Source: Girardia tigrina (Eukaryota). Taken from it: a DNA stretch of 55,369 nt. The DNA is taken from the NCBI GenBank assembly GCA_001938485.1, contig MQRK01183570.1:1-55369 (forward strand). The letters run 5' to 3'. The notes beneath the pieces are model-generated. The model made no database searches and was not told the DNA's origin. It saw only the letters and a program-made list of their open reading frames with translations. Both the position numbers and the translations under genes were made by a program. This document shows positions 52,121-55,369 of this stretch, piece after piece (the first letter of the stretch is position 1; each line of letters begins with the position of its first letter).

Positions 52121-53181
52121 AATTGTCGTATTTTAAATTCGTAATATTATTCGATTAACGTCAATTTAACAATTGATTTAAACAAATGGAGGAATCGGTT
52201 TTTTTCGTGGTGGGGCGATTGAAAATTAATAATTGTAAATTTTGATTTCAGATAATGAAAAAAATGTTTTATTAAAAAAATATTTTGAAAAAAAGTCTTA
52301 GTTATTTTATTATTTAAATTTTAAATAATTGTTGAATAAGATTGGAAATATATCAGAAATAATTAAATTTATTTGAAATTTAATATCATAAATTTTTCCG
52401 CCATATTGGAAACAATGCGGAAAATATTATGATAGAAGGATATTTTTGTACTGTAAATTCTCAATGATTTTAATTATAAAAAAAATACATGAAATGTTGA
52501 CGATTTAATTTTTAGTAAATGTTGTGCTGAAAATTATTTTGATTCGAAAAATACTTAGTCATAAAATAAATTTTAAATCAGTTTATTGAAGAGATTATCT
52601 AAGATTTACTAATCTCGATTTATGATAAACTATTTCTTTTTAAGGTTGATTGTATTGCTCTTTTTGATAAATTGCATTTGTTAGCTGTAATTCTAAATTC
52701 GGGACTTTTCTAACTAGATTACTTATAATCGTTAAGTGTACATTAAGAGAATTAATATAACCCTCAATCTACCTATTTTTTATTTTTTTGTAAAAAAATT
52801 CACTCATCTTCCTCCTCAGTATATTGTTTTTAAAAACAAGCAAATGTTGAGTTTTGAAGAGTTAAATGTGAATAATAAAGATGTTGGGTCTCCGATGAGG
52901 ATATATAAAATCTTTCGGAAATGAAACAAAAATAGTTTTTTATCTGGTTCGTCCTTCTAGGTGGTTTTCCTAGAAAGGTAAGGTCTTTGGTATACGATTT
53001 AAATAAGGATTTGTTGTGATGAACATGGATTTTAAATGTGTATTCAACTTTTAATTATCGTAAAGGAAATTTATTTAATTTATTTTAACAAATACAGGGG
53101 TGGCCATAAGTCGCTTTACCCAGTTTTAATAATAATAAACACAAAATTCTAAATGATTTATAAACAAAAACCAGATAAAAT

Positions 53182-53502
53182 TGTTGAGTATGGTATTTAA
53201 TTTTATTCAATAAAAGTATTTTATAAAAAAAGAGACACTATCACTAGAATAAAGTCAAGGTGCAAACTATATAATTATATATTTCAATAAAGATATTTTT
53301 ATATACATTTTTATCAAAATAATCTGGGAAAGAGAATTCTCTTCTCTGTATTATCTCAAAATCTAAAATCTTAGCATAAGGCTTTAGTTATTTTTAAATA
53401 CTTTGTAAAGTGTGTAAAGTGTGATTATTAAATAAACGTTGCAATATTAATAATCTTATTCTTTTATTTCTATTTTTGCTATAATCACCCAATATCCCAA
53501 CA
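53182..53502 (+). mobile_element. 5' LTR of gypsy element A
   Basis: TGTTG...CAACA termini, followed after 4 nt by a PBS; lies just inside a Tc1-like end (TACAGGGGTGGCCA near 53093). Confidence 0.8.
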
Positions 53503-53506
53503 AATT

Positions 53507-53524
53507 TGGCGCCCAACGTGGGGC
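53507..53524 (+). promoter_or_regulatory. Primer binding site, tRNA-Lys
   Basis: TGGCGCCCAACGTGGGGC, the canonical Lys1,2 PBS. Confidence 0.92.
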
Positions 53525-53788
53525 TCGATTTTTGAAAAATATTTAGTATTCGAATAAATTCGAAGAGCCGCGTTTGTTGGTATATTAGCGTGATTATAAG
53601 TTTAAAGCCGTAAGACACACACAGCTTACTGAAATACCATAAGGAAAGAATTAATTTAAGTCACAAATTTATAAATCCAAATAGTGTTTACATTTTAAGT
53701 ACAAGCAAAGCGCAAGCATCACATATAGTAAAATCTACATAAATAAATAGTAAAAATAGATAATATACGAACAATTGTTACAAGAAGC

Positions 53789-54547
53789 ATGTCCGATATT
53801 GAGAATAAAAATAAAAGACCCCAGGTGAGGTCATTGAATTTTCTGCCATTGGAGCCATTTTCGGGAAAACCTGAAGAATTTGATAGATATTTTAAGGATT
53901 ATAAGAGTTATGCAAACGCGAGCGGTTGGGGAGAAACCGTGATGACGCGTAGATTGCCTCTCTATTTAAAGGGATATGCCCTACAAGCATTTAATGCATT
54001 TGAACCAATAGCGACTATTGATAAAATTATTGAAAAATTAAGGCCTATTATAGTTGTAGATGTTGAATTAGGAAAGATCTACACGCACAATTTTAGAAAT
54101 AGAAGGCAAAAACAAAATGAAAATGTTATGGAATATTGTTTCGCGCTAAGAGAATTAGCTGAAAAAGCATTTGAGAAAGATGCTAAGGTGGGAGCGATAG
54201 TTGTCAACCAGTTTTTGAATGGTGTCCATGGATATATTAGAGATGCATTGATATTGGCAGATTATAAAGATTTTGATGAATTAATACAAAAAGCTCGACG
54301 TGTCGAATCAAACAATTTGAACAAAATTAAACCTATAGAAATAGGAGCAACAGGCCCGATATTTAAAAATGTAGATCCGAGGAATAATCAACAGTCCGGT
54401 GGCAGGGCTGATGGCAATTCCTCGAATCGATTCAATAATAATAGAAATAATTCATACCAGAATGGTGGAAATAATTACAGAGGAAATAATCGAGGAAATG
54501 GTCGAGGATATAATAATCGTGGAAATAATAGAAATAATAATGGTTAT
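53789..54547 (+). CDS. Ty3/gypsy Gag (capsid + N/G/R-rich tail), interrupted by element B
   Basis: PFSGKPEEFDRYF...LPLYLKGYA...RRQKQNENVMEY...LRELAEKAF...QFLNGV retrotransposon capsid motifs. Confidence 0.88.
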
Positions 54548-55369
54548 TGTGAGGGATAATTGTGAATGTTGTAAGTTTGTTGTTTTTATGCTGTTTAGAT
54601 TTGTGACTCTCCTACTCAGATGGGATTGATATGTTATTTGATTAATTATTTGAATCTAATGAAATTAATTTAATGATAATAAATTAAAGTACTAATTAAT
54701 TAAAGTTTGATAATTNTGAATTTTAATAATATTTTCAGTAAACGATTTTAACTTATTAAATTTAATATTTTTAAAAATTAATGTTTATTTTAAAAATTAC
54801 ATAATGTATTTTTATCCAATAAAATTTATGAGAAATTAAAATATAATATTAATATTTCCCCATTCATTATTTTTTTCATATTTAAATATTTAATCAAAAA
54901 CTATATTAATCAAAGAAAGATGACGACTGAAAATTGTTGTGAAGAATCTGTTTGTGTTGTAAATAAATGTTTGCATTCAAATTGTGATGTTGTTAATATG
55001 GCGACCACGGCTCATNNNNNNNNNNNNNNNNNNNNNNNNNNNNNNNNNNNNNNNNNNNNNNNNNNNNNNNNNNNNNNNNNNNNNNNNNNNNNNNNNNNNN
55101 NNNNNNNNNNNNNNNNNNNNNNNNNNNNNNNNNNNAAATAGTGATGGTGACTGTGTTTATGACACCATCGGCAATAAAAAAATATTCAGAGATGGATGGT
55201 AAAAATTACAAAGAAAAATTGAAGGCTGCATTCACTAAAGAAAAATCCATTCTGAATACAATGAAGGAGTTGGTAAACTTACGGTGGGGATCCTCCAACC
55301 CAGAAGAAACATATAAAAAAGCAGAAGAACTTGTGAATATACTAACAAAAGAAAAATTGTCTAAAAAAG
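54548..55369 (+). mobile_element. Gypsy-like element B: 5' LTR (54548-54998, TGTGAG family), PBS and start of gag
   Basis: TGTGAGG...TTAATA and shares CTCTCCTA.TCAGATGG with the solo LTRs. PBS TGGCGACCACG at 54999 (tRNA-Arg-like). Open frame from 55138 to the window end: IVMVTVFMTPSAIKKY...KLKAAFTKE. Confidence 0.8.

Overview
AT-rich eukaryotic (invertebrate-metazoan-like) genomic DNA, not prokaryotic. Two intact spliced housekeeping genes lie in tandem on the minus strand: ERO1 (ER oxidoreductin, about 10 exons, 27201-52120) and XPNPEP1-type Xaa-Pro aminopeptidase (3 exons, 11106-23758). There is also a small PH-domain ORF ending in a CaaX box (2971-3312) with a decayed duplicate of its 3' end. 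Introns are strongly bimodal, either 47-65 nt or 2.5-8 kb, and the long introns and intergenic DNA are packed with nested transposon relics: six mariner copies, ITmD37E, piggyBac plus MITEs, hAT plus MITE, Ty3/gypsy gag/integrase fragments and solo LTRs, a polyA/TSD-bounded C2H2 retroposon and a probable Penelope-type hammerhead relic. The most unusual signal is an LTR family with four diverged copies whose 3' end carries an ATG-initiated Cys-rich ORF. That ORF is always in the same phase and reads into an ATG overlapping the PBS, suggesting a Gag N-terminus encoded inside the LTR. All calls are manual motif recognition; no database search was run.
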